Virus record (IMG/VR): IMGVR_UViG_3300032092_000001
Length of the DNA: 64,000 nt
Direction: 5' to 3' (one strand)
Source: a virus
Lineage: Duplodnaviria > Caudoviricetes
Positions within the stretch are counted from its first letter, which is position 1. Every line of letters begins with the position of its first letter. The notes below the pieces were generated by a model. It had not been told where the DNA came from, made no database searches, and saw nothing but the letters and a program-made list of their open reading frames with translations. Position numbers and translations under genes: made by a program. Positions 56,951-64,000 of this stretch are shown piece after piece.

Positions 56951-57034
56951 TAGTCGGAGCGGGAATCGAACCCGCACGGACGTTAGTCCACAGCATTTTA
57001 AGTGCTGCGTGTCTACCTATTCCACCATCCAACC
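56951..57034 (-). tRNA. tRNA-Leu(TAA)
   Basis: Cloverleaf; anticodon stem CAGCA/TGCTG with loop CT-TAA-AA; long variable arm; GGTTCGATTCC. Confidence 0.92.
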
Positions 57035-57040
57035 ATTCTG

Positions 57041-57114
57041 TGCGCCCTACAGGAATCGAACCTGTCACCCACTGATTATGAGTCAGTTGCTCTAACCGAA
57101 TGAGCTAAGGGCGC
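57041..57114 (-). tRNA. tRNA with CAT anticodon (Ile2-like or elongator Met)
   Basis: GCGCCCT/AGGGCGC acceptor; ACTGA-CTCATAA-TCAGT. Confidence 0.9.
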
Positions 57115-57168
57115 TCATCTCAAATCCTTTACAAATATACAATGGTTTTTTTAGATAATCAAGCTTTA

Positions 57169-57729
57169 TTATCGTGGTTGTGTAAAAGCTTGAGAATAAG
57201 CACCCAAATCAATATCGGGTGATAAGAGTTCTTTGAGTTCTTTTATAAAATCTTGGGTGTAACTCCACTGCTCAGTTTTAAAGTTTCTGAAAATAATTTT
57301 AATCTCGGGATTTCTATCTTTTTCAAATTCAGCAGTGACATTTGGGTAGTTGGTTTCTTTGATTTTTTCTTCAATCTTATCACCAATACTATCAAAATAA
57401 TCGTAATTAACAAAAGTATTAAATGCTCTGAGCTTTTTATATTTGGACTCCAATCCAGAAATATCCATGAAATCTTGTATTTGGAACTCCATATTTTTAT
57501 CCCAATCGTATGTGAAAAGTTGTAGACCTGTCATACCTTTTGGTTTTGTAAAATATTTTGCATAACCGGCGTCATAGTTTGGTGAGTTAATATCAACCTT
57601 TGATAAATCAATATTAAATTTAATATAATCACCATAGGAATCTTCAACATATTCAAGTTTGAAGTCCTTTGGTAACTTTCCACTTGCAAAAAGATAAGAT
57701 GACAATATTTTAAGTAGTTTCTCCGTCAT
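57169..57729 (-). CDS. hypothetical protein
   Basis: 186-aa ORF. Confidence 0.7.
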   Translation of the reverse strand: MTEKLLKILSSYLFASGKLPKDFKLEYVEDSYGDYIKFNIDLSKVDINSPNYDAGYAKYFTKPKGMTGLQLFTYDWDKNMEFQIQDFMDISGLESKYKKLRAFNTFVNYDYFDSIGDKIEEKIKETNYPNVTAEFEKDRNPEIKIIFRNFKTEQWSYTQDFIKELKELLSPDIDLGAYSQAFTQPR

Positions 57730-57731
57730 TA

Positions 57732-58058
57732 TTAACCGTATATAGTTTCATCATCTTTATTTATAACTTTTATAAAAACTTGTTGGATGGTCGCAGTATC
57801 CCTATTGATATTCAAAAATTTAAGTAGATAATTTAAATGAACATCGTATAAATAATGTGGGTCAAATCCCTTGTCATACATGTTATTACTAGTTATTGTT
57901 GGGTCATTTAACTTAACAGTTATAAAAAATTGGTAGAAAGGAAATTCCTCATCTCCATCCCATCTAACATCAGCATCAATATTGTCAATCATCGGATATA
58001 TGTTTTTAATATAATCCGAGTTAAATAACTTGTTTGCGAGTTTTGATGTTAATATCAT
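57732..58058 (-). CDS. hypothetical protein (start revised to MILTSKL)
   Basis: Promoter elements at 58063-58077. Confidence 0.65.
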   Translation of the reverse strand: MILTSKLANKLFNSDYIKNIYPMIDNIDADVRWDGDEEFPFYQFFITVKLNDPTITSNNMYDKGFDPHYLYDVHLNYLLKFLNINRDTATIQQVFIKVINKDDETIYG

Positions 58059-58080
58059 AATAATAAATACAAAGATAAAT

Positions 58081-58108
58081 AAAAAACCCCATCCAAGGAC
58101 AGGGTTTA
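58081..58108 (-). terminator. intrinsic terminator
   Basis: AAACCC...GGGTTT. Confidence 0.6.
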
Positions 58109-58126
58109 TTAATTTTTGTTTTAAGA

Positions 58127-58480
58127 TTACTTGGTATAAGTTCTCAAACAATGTGCTGTCCAAGCCGCGACTCCAAGGAAGATTGGCATTAATATTCCAT
58201 CCCCTCCGAACATTGCAATGTGAACCGCAACTGCTCCTGACATAACAGAAGACAAAACCAACGCGCCATAGACTGATGTTCTTGGGATACAAAGAGCAAT
58301 GACTCCTGCAACTTCCATAACCCCAACAAGTGCCATATATGGTAACATGTTCATTGCGGTAAAGTTTGCGGTCATAGCTTCAGAGCCGGTGATTTTTGAC
58401 AATCCACCCATTCCGAGCATAAAGGTAACGATTGCGGTTAACAACCATCCCAAGTTTTTAAGTGTTAAATAATTTTTCAT
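58127..58480 (-). CDS. DoxX-like membrane protein
   Basis: Four hydrophobic helices; GVMEVAGVIAL.IPRT..YGALVL...GAVAVH. Confidence 0.8.
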   Translation of the reverse strand: MKNYLTLKNLGWLLTAIVTFMLGMGGLSKITGSEAMTANFTAMNMLPYMALVGVMEVAGVIALCIPRTSVYGALVLSSVMSGAVAVHIAMFGGDGILMPIFLGVAAWTAHCLRTYTK

Positions 58481-58525
58481 AATCCAAGTATAAGATATTA
58501 ACTTTGGATTGTCAATAAATATGGT

Positions 58526-58876
58526 TTAGAAAGACTTGGTCCATCTCAACATATACTTACCATTAACTTTGTCAAATGGCTCAAAACTAACTCTGAAATT
58601 ACCTATATTACCATAGACCGGATAGATTGGGAATTCCCATCCATCAGATTTAATATGAAATGCATTAACACCAACAGGAGATTTCTTCAAAATTGATATA
58701 AAATCATCTGTCTTAACTTCAGTTCCAGCTTTAAATGGGAATCCCTTTGGGTTATTGTCAGGTATTTTAATGGTTTTAGGGACAATTTGTCCTTTGTCAG
58801 TTATCTGTTCTTCAATAACTCTTTTAACAATTTTAACTAAATCCGACTCTGTAAGTTTAATTACTTTTTTTATCAT
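58526..58876 (-). CDS. LTESDL-leader protein
   Basis: MIKKVIKLTESDLVKIVKRVIEE. Confidence 0.75.
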   Translation of the reverse strand: MIKKVIKLTESDLVKIVKRVIEEQITDKGQIVPKTIKIPDNNPKGFPFKAGTEVKTDDFISILKKSPVGVNAFHIKSDGWEFPIYPVYGNIGNFRVSFEPFDKVNGKYMLRWTKSF

Positions 58877-59181
58877 TTTTTAAGTGTTAAATATGTACCA
58901 TTAATTGACCAAGTTCCTTTATCTGGAACTCCCATCATATTTTTAAGTTGTATCTTTATTGATTTTTTGTTTTTATCGTAGTCAGGGTGGAAAAATACGA
59001 TACCACTCCCACCTCCAATTTTTAATACAAAATTACCTTTTGTTAAATCCTTAACACCTAATAGATTTTTAATTTTACTTGTTATTGCACCATCATTTAT
59101 TTTTTTTTCCAATGATTCATTAATAACCCCTTTAATAATATTAACCAAATCAGATTCTGTAAGTTTAATAATTTTTCCCAT
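58873..59181 (-). CDS. LTESDL-leader protein
   Basis: Start revised to MGKIIKLTES; TATTTATA at 59185-59192. Confidence 0.75.
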   Translation of the reverse strand: MGKIIKLTESDLVNIIKGVINESLEKKINDGAITSKIKNLLGVKDLTKGNFVLKIGGGSGIVFFHPDYDKNKKSIKIQLKNMMGVPDKGTWSINGTYLTLKK

Positions 59182-59203
59182 ACATATAAATATGTTTATA
59201 AAT

Positions 59204-59229
59204 AAAAAACCCCTCACATTGGAGGGGTT
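59204..59229 (-). terminator. intrinsic terminator
   Basis: AACCCCTC-ACATTG-GAGGGGTT. Confidence 0.8.
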
Positions 59230-60220
59230 AATGAAACCTTGTTGATATTTTATTTAGAATTTTGTTCCGCAGGTTGGACAAAATTTATGTGTATCTTTTT
59301 TTCGTCTGATTCCACAATTTGTACAATACAATACATTCACTTCCTTTGCAGTAAATGGTTTTTCTGACAATGGTAAGATTCTCCATGTTGAATAGTTTGA
59401 TGGGAATGAATTAAAATCCATGTTAACTGTTTCAAACTCTTGTTTTGAATCTGAACCTTTCTCAATTCTACCTGTTTCTTTGAACCTGTCAGTTTGTAAT
59501 GACTTTTTTAGGTTTGGAGATGTGTTATTATTAACACTACTGATAGGTGCAGAATAGTTTGTATAAAAAGCATTTGAGTCGCCAGCAAAAGTATTACTAT
59601 TGTTTGATACCATATTAACGTTTGTGTTATAGTACTTAGCATTCTCACCCCAAGTTATTTTATTATTACCACCTGTAGTTGTAGTGTTTATATCACCATA
59701 CCAATTATCATTGGTCCAAGTACTATTAGTACCGGCCAACGTTATAGTTGGGTTATTTAAATAAACATTCTCGTCATAGAATTCAACGACAACCTCACCA
59801 TTGTTTTTGATTGCCTCTTGAACTTCCTTTGATGATGAGTTAACCTCATACACCTCAAATTTGAACTTCCTTGCTTCGTTCAAATATCTTTCCAAGAATA
59901 CTCTCTGACCAGGTCGGACAATAATTCCACCACCTGATAGGTAATTCCCATTGATTTTTATTTTTGCTAAAACTGAATTTGATTTTGGGTTGAAGATTTC
60001 TACCTCAAATTCTTCCCCATCTTTAAGATAAACGCTTGAGCCGTTTTGTTTTAATCTTTGTTTCCTTGTCGTAATATGAGCCGACGGAAACTTCTTGAGT
60101 TCTGTGTAATACATTTTTTCCTTATTTTATTTTTTATGTTATTGAACCCCACTTCGTTGGTATTTCTCCAACTCAACTGTCTCATCGGACAGGTGGACCT
60201 CATCAACAAGGTTTCATTAA
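59228..60220. repeat. perfect 19-bp inverted repeat bracketing one gene
   Basis: TTAATGAAACCTTGTTGAT at 59228-59246; its reverse complement at 60202-60220. Confidence 0.8.
59254..60114 (-). CDS. hypothetical protein with a C-terminal zinc ribbon
   Basis: CTNCG...KFCPTCGTK; Asn/Thr-rich linker. Confidence 0.8.
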   Translation of the reverse strand: MYYTELKKFPSAHITTRKQRLKQNGSSVYLKDGEEFEVEIFNPKSNSVLAKIKINGNYLSGGGIIVRPGQRVFLERYLNEARKFKFEVYEVNSSSKEVQEAIKNNGEVVVEFYDENVYLNNPTITLAGTNSTWTNDNWYGDINTTTTGGNNKITWGENAKYYNTNVNMVSNNSNTFAGDSNAFYTNYSAPISSVNNNTSPNLKKSLQTDRFKETGRIEKGSDSKQEFETVNMDFNSFPSNYSTWRILPLSEKPFTAKEVNVLYCTNCGIRRKKDTHKFCPTCGTKF

Positions 60221-60252
60221 TAACTATAAGGTAATTTGTTTTTTTGTGAAGG

Positions 60253-60573
60253 TTATTTATAATAATATACAACTATGTCCGATTGAACATCAACCATAGT
60301 ATACTCAGCCCCAAGTTTATTCTCAACCCAGTGAGCGATTGCCGAAATAGAATCATTATTATCCAACGAGAAAAAACTAGAAATTTCTTTCATCAAATCT
60401 CTACTAATGGTAATCCAACCTCTAATTGGGTTATATTTAATCTGAGCATATAAATCTTCCTTTGAATTAACGAAAAACGTATACTCACCATAGTTCTTCT
60501 GAATGAAGTCCTGATTGTCAAGGTATTTAAATATTACCTTTTCTAGTTGTGATTCTGTTATAAGATATTTCAT
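60253..60573 (-). CDS. ITESQ/DNQDF paralog family member (dispersed copy)
   Basis: MKYLITESQLEKVIFKYLDNQDF...SSFFSL...WVEN. Confidence 0.8.
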   Translation of the reverse strand: MKYLITESQLEKVIFKYLDNQDFIQKNYGEYTFFVNSKEDLYAQIKYNPIRGWITISRDLMKEISSFFSLDNNDSISAIAHWVENKLGAEYTMVDVQSDIVVYYYK

Positions 60574-61088
60574 TACAACTCAATTCCAGTGTTATAAATT
60601 GTATCCCACTCATTCTCATTACAATAATCCAAGAAGTCCTTTGGTGACATTCTATATGAATCATCAAGTCCATAAACCCAAGAAACAAACTCAGAACAAT
60701 ACATCTTATCTTGTTCGTGATTCGATGGTTTCTTATGCCACTTTCCAGTCAACAATTCAATAGGTTGTTTAATAATTAAACCCTCAAAGTCATAAGCAGT
60801 TAAACCAACCTTACTCATTGCTTTAGTTGCAATCTTCTTCTCAGCAATAACTCTTGGTCTTCTCATAACCACAAAATTGTAGTTATATTCCTTAGCCCAT
60901 TCACCGAATGGTTTCACATTAACACCATTGTCCTGAGCATCAATGATATATGGTTCACCCCATATCCAAATGAATAATGCTGTGTGGTTAATCTGAGATT
61001 TTGTAGCCCATCTAATAATTCTACTCAATAAACTCTTCCCACGACAATGTAGGACATCACCTGTTTTAAATTCTTCAATATTCATCAT
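60573..61088 (-). CDS. permuted papain-like amidase (YiiX/YaeF-like NlpC/P60)
   Basis: GDVL...IRWAT.S.INHTAL and MYCSEFV. Confidence 0.8.
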   Translation of the reverse strand: MMNIEEFKTGDVLHCRGKSLLSRIIRWATKSQINHTALFIWIWGEPYIIDAQDNGVNVKPFGEWAKEYNYNFVVMRRPRVIAEKKIATKAMSKVGLTAYDFEGLIIKQPIELLTGKWHKKPSNHEQDKMYCSEFVSWVYGLDDSYRMSPKDFLDYCNENEWDTIYNTGIEL

Positions 61089-61110
61089 GTATATAAATAT
61101 GTTAAATAAT

Positions 61111-61138
61111 AAAAAACCCCACCTTATGAGTGGGGCTT
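61111..61138 (-). terminator. intrinsic terminator
   Basis: CCCCAC-CTTATGA-GTGGGG. Confidence 0.75.
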
Positions 61139-61154
61139 AATGAAGTCTTGTTAT

Positions 61155-61751
61155 TTATTTTATATCAGTTGTTTCAATTAATGTATATGTAAAACGATTT
61201 CCGTGAATATCTCTTGCCTTACGACAAATCTTCATAAACTCTTCAAAGTCCGCAGCCTTCTTAAACACCTGACATCCTTCAGACCAATTCTCAACATATG
61301 TTGAATCAGCTCCCGCCTTGTGAATATTAATACCATAAACACCTTCAGTGATTTTCTTCTCATCATAAATCATATCCTTGTTAGCGTCACGATAAACTTT
61401 AACAGGTTTGTCCTGTCCTAAAGCTTCGTACTTACCCTGATGTAATCTGATGATATGTGAACCACGATATTGTCCCTCAACCAAACGAGCAACACCATCT
61501 TTGTTGTGGTATTCCATCACACCCTTCTTACCTGGGTCAGTCGTTGCCGGCCAAACGTGACACTTCCATTCCCCATTCTCTTTGTAAGAAATTGTTATAT
61601 AATCATCAAAAGCGTTTGTAACCTTTTGTCCAGTTTCTGCGTTTCTGATTCCAACGATATTAACATCGTAACCTTTATTCTTATCATCGTTGAACCAAAC
61701 ATAACCTTTAGATTCTACAGATTTTTTAATTTGTTCTAATGTGTAACTCAT
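61155..61751 (-). CDS. putative cell-wall enzyme with an L,D-transpeptidase-like His/Cys motif (endolysin candidate)
   Basis: YGINIHKAG...WSEGCQV; TATTTATA at 61764-61771; start revised to MSYTLEQ. Confidence 0.6.
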   Translation of the reverse strand: MSYTLEQIKKSVESKGYVWFNDDKNKGYDVNIVGIRNAETGQKVTNAFDDYITISYKENGEWKCHVWPATTDPGKKGVMEYHNKDGVARLVEGQYRGSHIIRLHQGKYEALGQDKPVKVYRDANKDMIYDEKKITEGVYGINIHKAGADSTYVENWSEGCQVFKKAADFEEFMKICRKARDIHGNRFTYTLIETTDIK

Positions 61752-61781
61752 AATTTTTTTTATTATAAATATCATTTAAAT

Positions 61782-61812
61782 AAAAAACCCCACTCTTTTG
61801 GAATGAGGTTTA
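61782..61812 (-). terminator. terminator of the tRNA transcript
   Basis: AAACCCCA...TGAGGTTT. Confidence 0.6.
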
Positions 61813-61814
61813 AC

Positions 61815-62090
61815 AAACTCGGGCCCAGCGAGCCAATATTTCAGGAAGGGCCCTTTTTAAAGTTGGTTATTTAGTTTCAAAACACTGCGTGGAAGCATCA
61901 TCCACATCCGACCCAAACATTTTATTACCCCACCGGAGTTTGGTGGTCTTTATTATTGTTATGAGGTTTTCGTAATTGGGTTAGCTAAACCCTACTTATT
62001 CCCTCCTCACCGCAACAGTCGTTAAGCGCGCACTCGTACTGTGTTTTGGTGTCGTAATAACAGGAGCTTTAAATCCTATATCCGTCGTGT
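61815..62090 (-). ncRNA. candidate structured RNA downstream of tRNA-Tyr
   Basis: GC-richer non-coding stretch; GGGCCC...GGGCCC and CCACC/GGTGG stems; no family recognised. Confidence 0.3.
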
Positions 62091-62095
62091 TTTTG

Positions 62096-62177
62096 TGGGA
62101 GTAGGAGGACTCGAACCTCCGAAACCAATAGGTGAAAGATTTACAGTCTTTTGCAATTGCCACTATGCGATACTCCC
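62096..62177 (-). tRNA. tRNA-Tyr(GTA)
   Basis: AAAGA-CTGTAAA-TCTTT; long variable arm. Confidence 0.92.
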
Positions 62178-62178
62178 C

Positions 62179-62253
62179 TGGTAGTCGGTAGGGGATTCGA
62201 ACCCCTATGACAAGAATGAAAATCTTGTATCCTAACCCTTAGATGAACCGACC
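62179..62253 (-). tRNA. tRNA-Glu(TTC), CCA encoded
   Basis: CAAGA-TTTTCAT-TCTTG; ends ACCA. Confidence 0.92.
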
Positions 62254-62257
62254 ATAG

Positions 62258-62331
62258 TTGCGGGGACAGGATTCGAACCTGCGACCTTTAGGTTATGAGC
62301 CTAACGAGCTGACCATCTGCTCTACCCCACG
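62258..62331 (-). tRNA. tRNA-Met(CAT), initiator-like
   Basis: C1:A72 mismatch; TTAGG-CTCATAA-CCTAA. Confidence 0.88.
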
Positions 62332-62419
62332 ATTTAATATTTCAATTTAACATTCAGTCGTTCCTGAATTGTTTTACAAAGGTAAGTAATAAATACTTTC
62401 GTGTCAAGAAAAATCTTAT

Positions 62420-62767
62420 TTATTTGACTAAAATCTGAACCATCAAAATTGAGAACGCCAAGATTAAACAAATAATGGTTTTTAGTGTTAGTGGTTCTTT
62501 AAAAATCACATAACTAAAATAGGTAAAAACAATTGCCCCAATTGAAAACCCTATCAATCTTGACGGCCACATCTGACCGTTAAAGGCTATCACCATATTC
62601 TTAACTGAATACATAAATAACATTGATATCGGAATCCCCATCAATACAATCAACCAATAGTTATTTTTAAACCATTCGTATTTTAATTGTCCTTGAAGTT
62701 GAAAGAATGTTAGGGTTTGTGCTAACATACCAAATATGATACCTATTAGTAGTTTTTCCCTATCCAT
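62420..62767 (-). CDS. four-TM small membrane protein (SMR/DMT-like)
   Basis: Four hydrophobic helices. Confidence 0.65.
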   Translation of the reverse strand: MDREKLLIGIIFGMLAQTLTFFQLQGQLKYEWFKNNYWLIVLMGIPISMLFMYSVKNMVIAFNGQMWPSRLIGFSIGAIVFTYFSYVIFKEPLTLKTIICLILAFSILMVQILVK

Positions 62768-62775
62768 TATATCTG

Positions 62776-62949
62776 TTATTTTTTTACAATTCTAGGACAT
62801 CTACTATAGTCCCCCATACCGTCATAGTCGGCACATTCTTGGTAAGCACTTGGTGATGGTAAATCACTGTAATGACACCAATCGTTATCATCGGCAAGAT
62901 TGATGTTTTCTTTCTTACCAATACGAGTAAACAAGTTTTTCCAATTCAT
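62776..62949 (-). CDS. 57-aa microprotein with a WCHYSDLPS motif
   Basis: Hand-translated, absent from the ORF track. Confidence 0.6.
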   Translation of the reverse strand: MNWKNLFTRIGKKENINLADDNDWCHYSDLPSPSAYQECADYDGMGDYSRCPRIVKK

Positions 62950-62965
62950 AATTTTAATATTTTAT

Positions 62966-63448
62966 TTATTTAACTTCCCAAGAATACAAAATAACTCGTT
63001 TTTTCATTTTAGAATCTTCTGTGTTTCCAACAACAACTCCATCAATGATTGAGAAGGCGTGTCCACGAACAACAACAAGATATCTACCCTTTGGAAATTT
63101 CTTAATGAAAGTTCCTGTGGTCATGCTTCGTTTAACAATCTCACCTTTAACCTTAACATCATATTTCATATGTCCGTGTTGGTCACCCAAATTGGTGAAT
63201 GACTTACCATTAATCAAACTTCCTTTTCTAACCATACCACGCATACCTCCAACAAAGTTTCTTGTTCCCTCACGATTTCCACGAAACCATTTTTTTGCAA
63301 CGAACTTGTGAGCCTCGTCGTAATGCATTTCAAATGAAGATGCAATAGCTCTAACGACACAATCATTACTTTCACTTTGTGCGATTTTAGAATCACTGTA
63401 TCCAATAATCGCATCTTTTGTAGGTATGTATTTTATTTCGTTATTCAT
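62966..63448 (-). CDS. hypothetical phage protein (start revised to MNNEIK)
   Basis: NDCVVRAIA...YDEAH...VRGHAFSIIDG; TATCTTTG at 63453-63460. Confidence 0.75.
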   Translation of the reverse strand: MNNEIKYIPTKDAIIGYSDSKIAQSESNDCVVRAIASSFEMHYDEAHKFVAKKWFRGNREGTRNFVGGMRGMVRKGSLINGKSFTNLGDQHGHMKYDVKVKGEIVKRSMTTGTFIKKFPKGRYLVVVRGHAFSIIDGVVVGNTEDSKMKKRVILYSWEVK

Positions 63449-63492
63449 ACCACAAAGATAAGACAAAATACTTTACCCCACAAATTTTTTTG

Positions 63493-63610
63493 CAGTCAGG
63501 ACAGGATTCGAACCTGTAAGTAATGGAAGTTCCTCAACCTCTCCCTAAGTTCAGTGTCTTTGTGCCCTGCCCTTTGTTTTATACTTTGGCTACCATTCCG
63601 CCACCTGACT
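63493..63610 (-). ncRNA. tRNA-like element 1 (72-nt non-tRNA middle)
   Basis: Acceptor AGTCAGG/CCTGACT, D-like GGCGGAATGGT, T-arm ACAGG-TTCGAAT-CCTGT; no anticodon arm. Confidence 0.7.
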
Positions 63611-63615
63611 ATGTT

Positions 63616-63792
63616 TTATTCTGGTAGTTTATCCCAATCACCTGATGCAAGGTACCAAGTAAAATATCCAACGGATTCTTTCCAAGTTGTATCATCATTT
63701 GCAAATAACCAAATGTATGTTGCTAAAACCATTGGGATTGGAAATAACGGAAACCCTATCATAATTCTAAGAATTCTTTTCATAATTTTCAT
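63616..63792 (-). CDS. small membrane protein between the tRNA-like elements
   Basis: Start revised to MKIMKRIL. Confidence 0.6.
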   Translation of the reverse strand: MKIMKRILRIMIGFPLFPIPMVLATYIWLFANDDTTWKESVGYFTWYLASGDWDKLPE

Positions 63793-63797
63793 TTTAG

Positions 63798-63884
63798 CAG
63801 TCAGGACAGGATTCGAACCTGTAACACAGAGGGTAGTCCGAAAAGAACATACCATGCATTTAACGACCATTCCGCCACCTGACT
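63798..63884 (-). ncRNA. tRNA-like element 2 (41-nt non-tRNA middle)
   Basis: 28-bp and 24-bp end blocks identical to element 1. Confidence 0.7.
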
Positions 63885-64000
63885 ATGTTACCAGTCTTTC
63901 CTGGTCGTCACCTTGCTCCGCAGGTATGAACCCGCATTGCCCTTGGTTGGGTCTATTTGGAAAAGTCACGGTCGGCTCTGTTTCCAAATCATTTTTGTGG

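Noticed and set aside
56877-57068. 63-aa ORF
   Set aside because: Overlaps two well-formed tRNAs; likewise the N-terminal extension of 63616..63870 is tRNA-like sequence
60130-60200. Hammerhead ribozyme or SAM-I riboswitch
   Set aside because: CCGATGA lies in a hairpin loop rather than a junction, and the other core motifs are missing
61815-62090. tmRNA or RNase P RNA
   Set aside because: No tRNA-like ends with a T-loop and no GAGGAAAGTCC-type conserved region
6063-63466. Recurrent N-terminal YIC/YLC peptide motif in the ORF track (MFYICSM, MYICTM, MYLCQM, MSYLCGM)
   Set aside because: Artefact of translating the TATATTTG/TATCTTTG promoter; true starts are the following ATG
1-64000. Stop-codon reassignment as in some large phages
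   Set aside because: Conserved genes are full length in the standard code, and TAG and TGA both end genes
1-64000. rRNA, integrase, transposase or virion hallmark genes
   Set aside because: None recognised in this window

Overview
AT-rich (roughly 30% GC by eye), densely coding segment that reads as the accessory/metabolic region of a very large tailed phage of a Bacteroidota (Flavobacteria-like) host. This is an inference: no capsid, terminase or portal gene lies in the window. Support comes from many short ORFs, thyA, DHFR, an Rnl1-type RNA ligase, 5 tRNAs, Bacteroidota TAnnTTTG promoters, DUF2452 and a Bacteroidota-type DnaK. Standard genetic code. Recognisable genes: purA, folA, glutamine synthetase II, cysK, rmlA, RmlD-like, thyA, mgsA, dnaK, acyl-CoA thioesterase, a GT2 plus metallophosphoesterase pair, an RNA-repair cluster, a PAS-PAS histidine kinase with a receiver, and lysis candidates. 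Main unexplained structures: (1) CRISPR-geometry units (36-nt repeat, 29-30-nt unique spacer) embedded in the 3' ends of a phage paralog family, including a five-spacer in-frame array at 18359-18707; (2) about 35 proteins sharing short N-terminal (L/I)-x-E leaders, tied to a TATTTATA promoter, with cargoes that include a Tpt1/ART-like domain and an array of Cys-rich peptides; (3) a phage two-component operon ending in a holin-like gene; (4) two tRNA-shaped elements with identical ends and unrelated middles; (5) an origin-like G/C-tract palindrome region at 7.3-12.5 kb; (6) a gene bracketed by a perfect 19-bp inverted repeat. All family assignments are motif recognition by eye; no searches were run.
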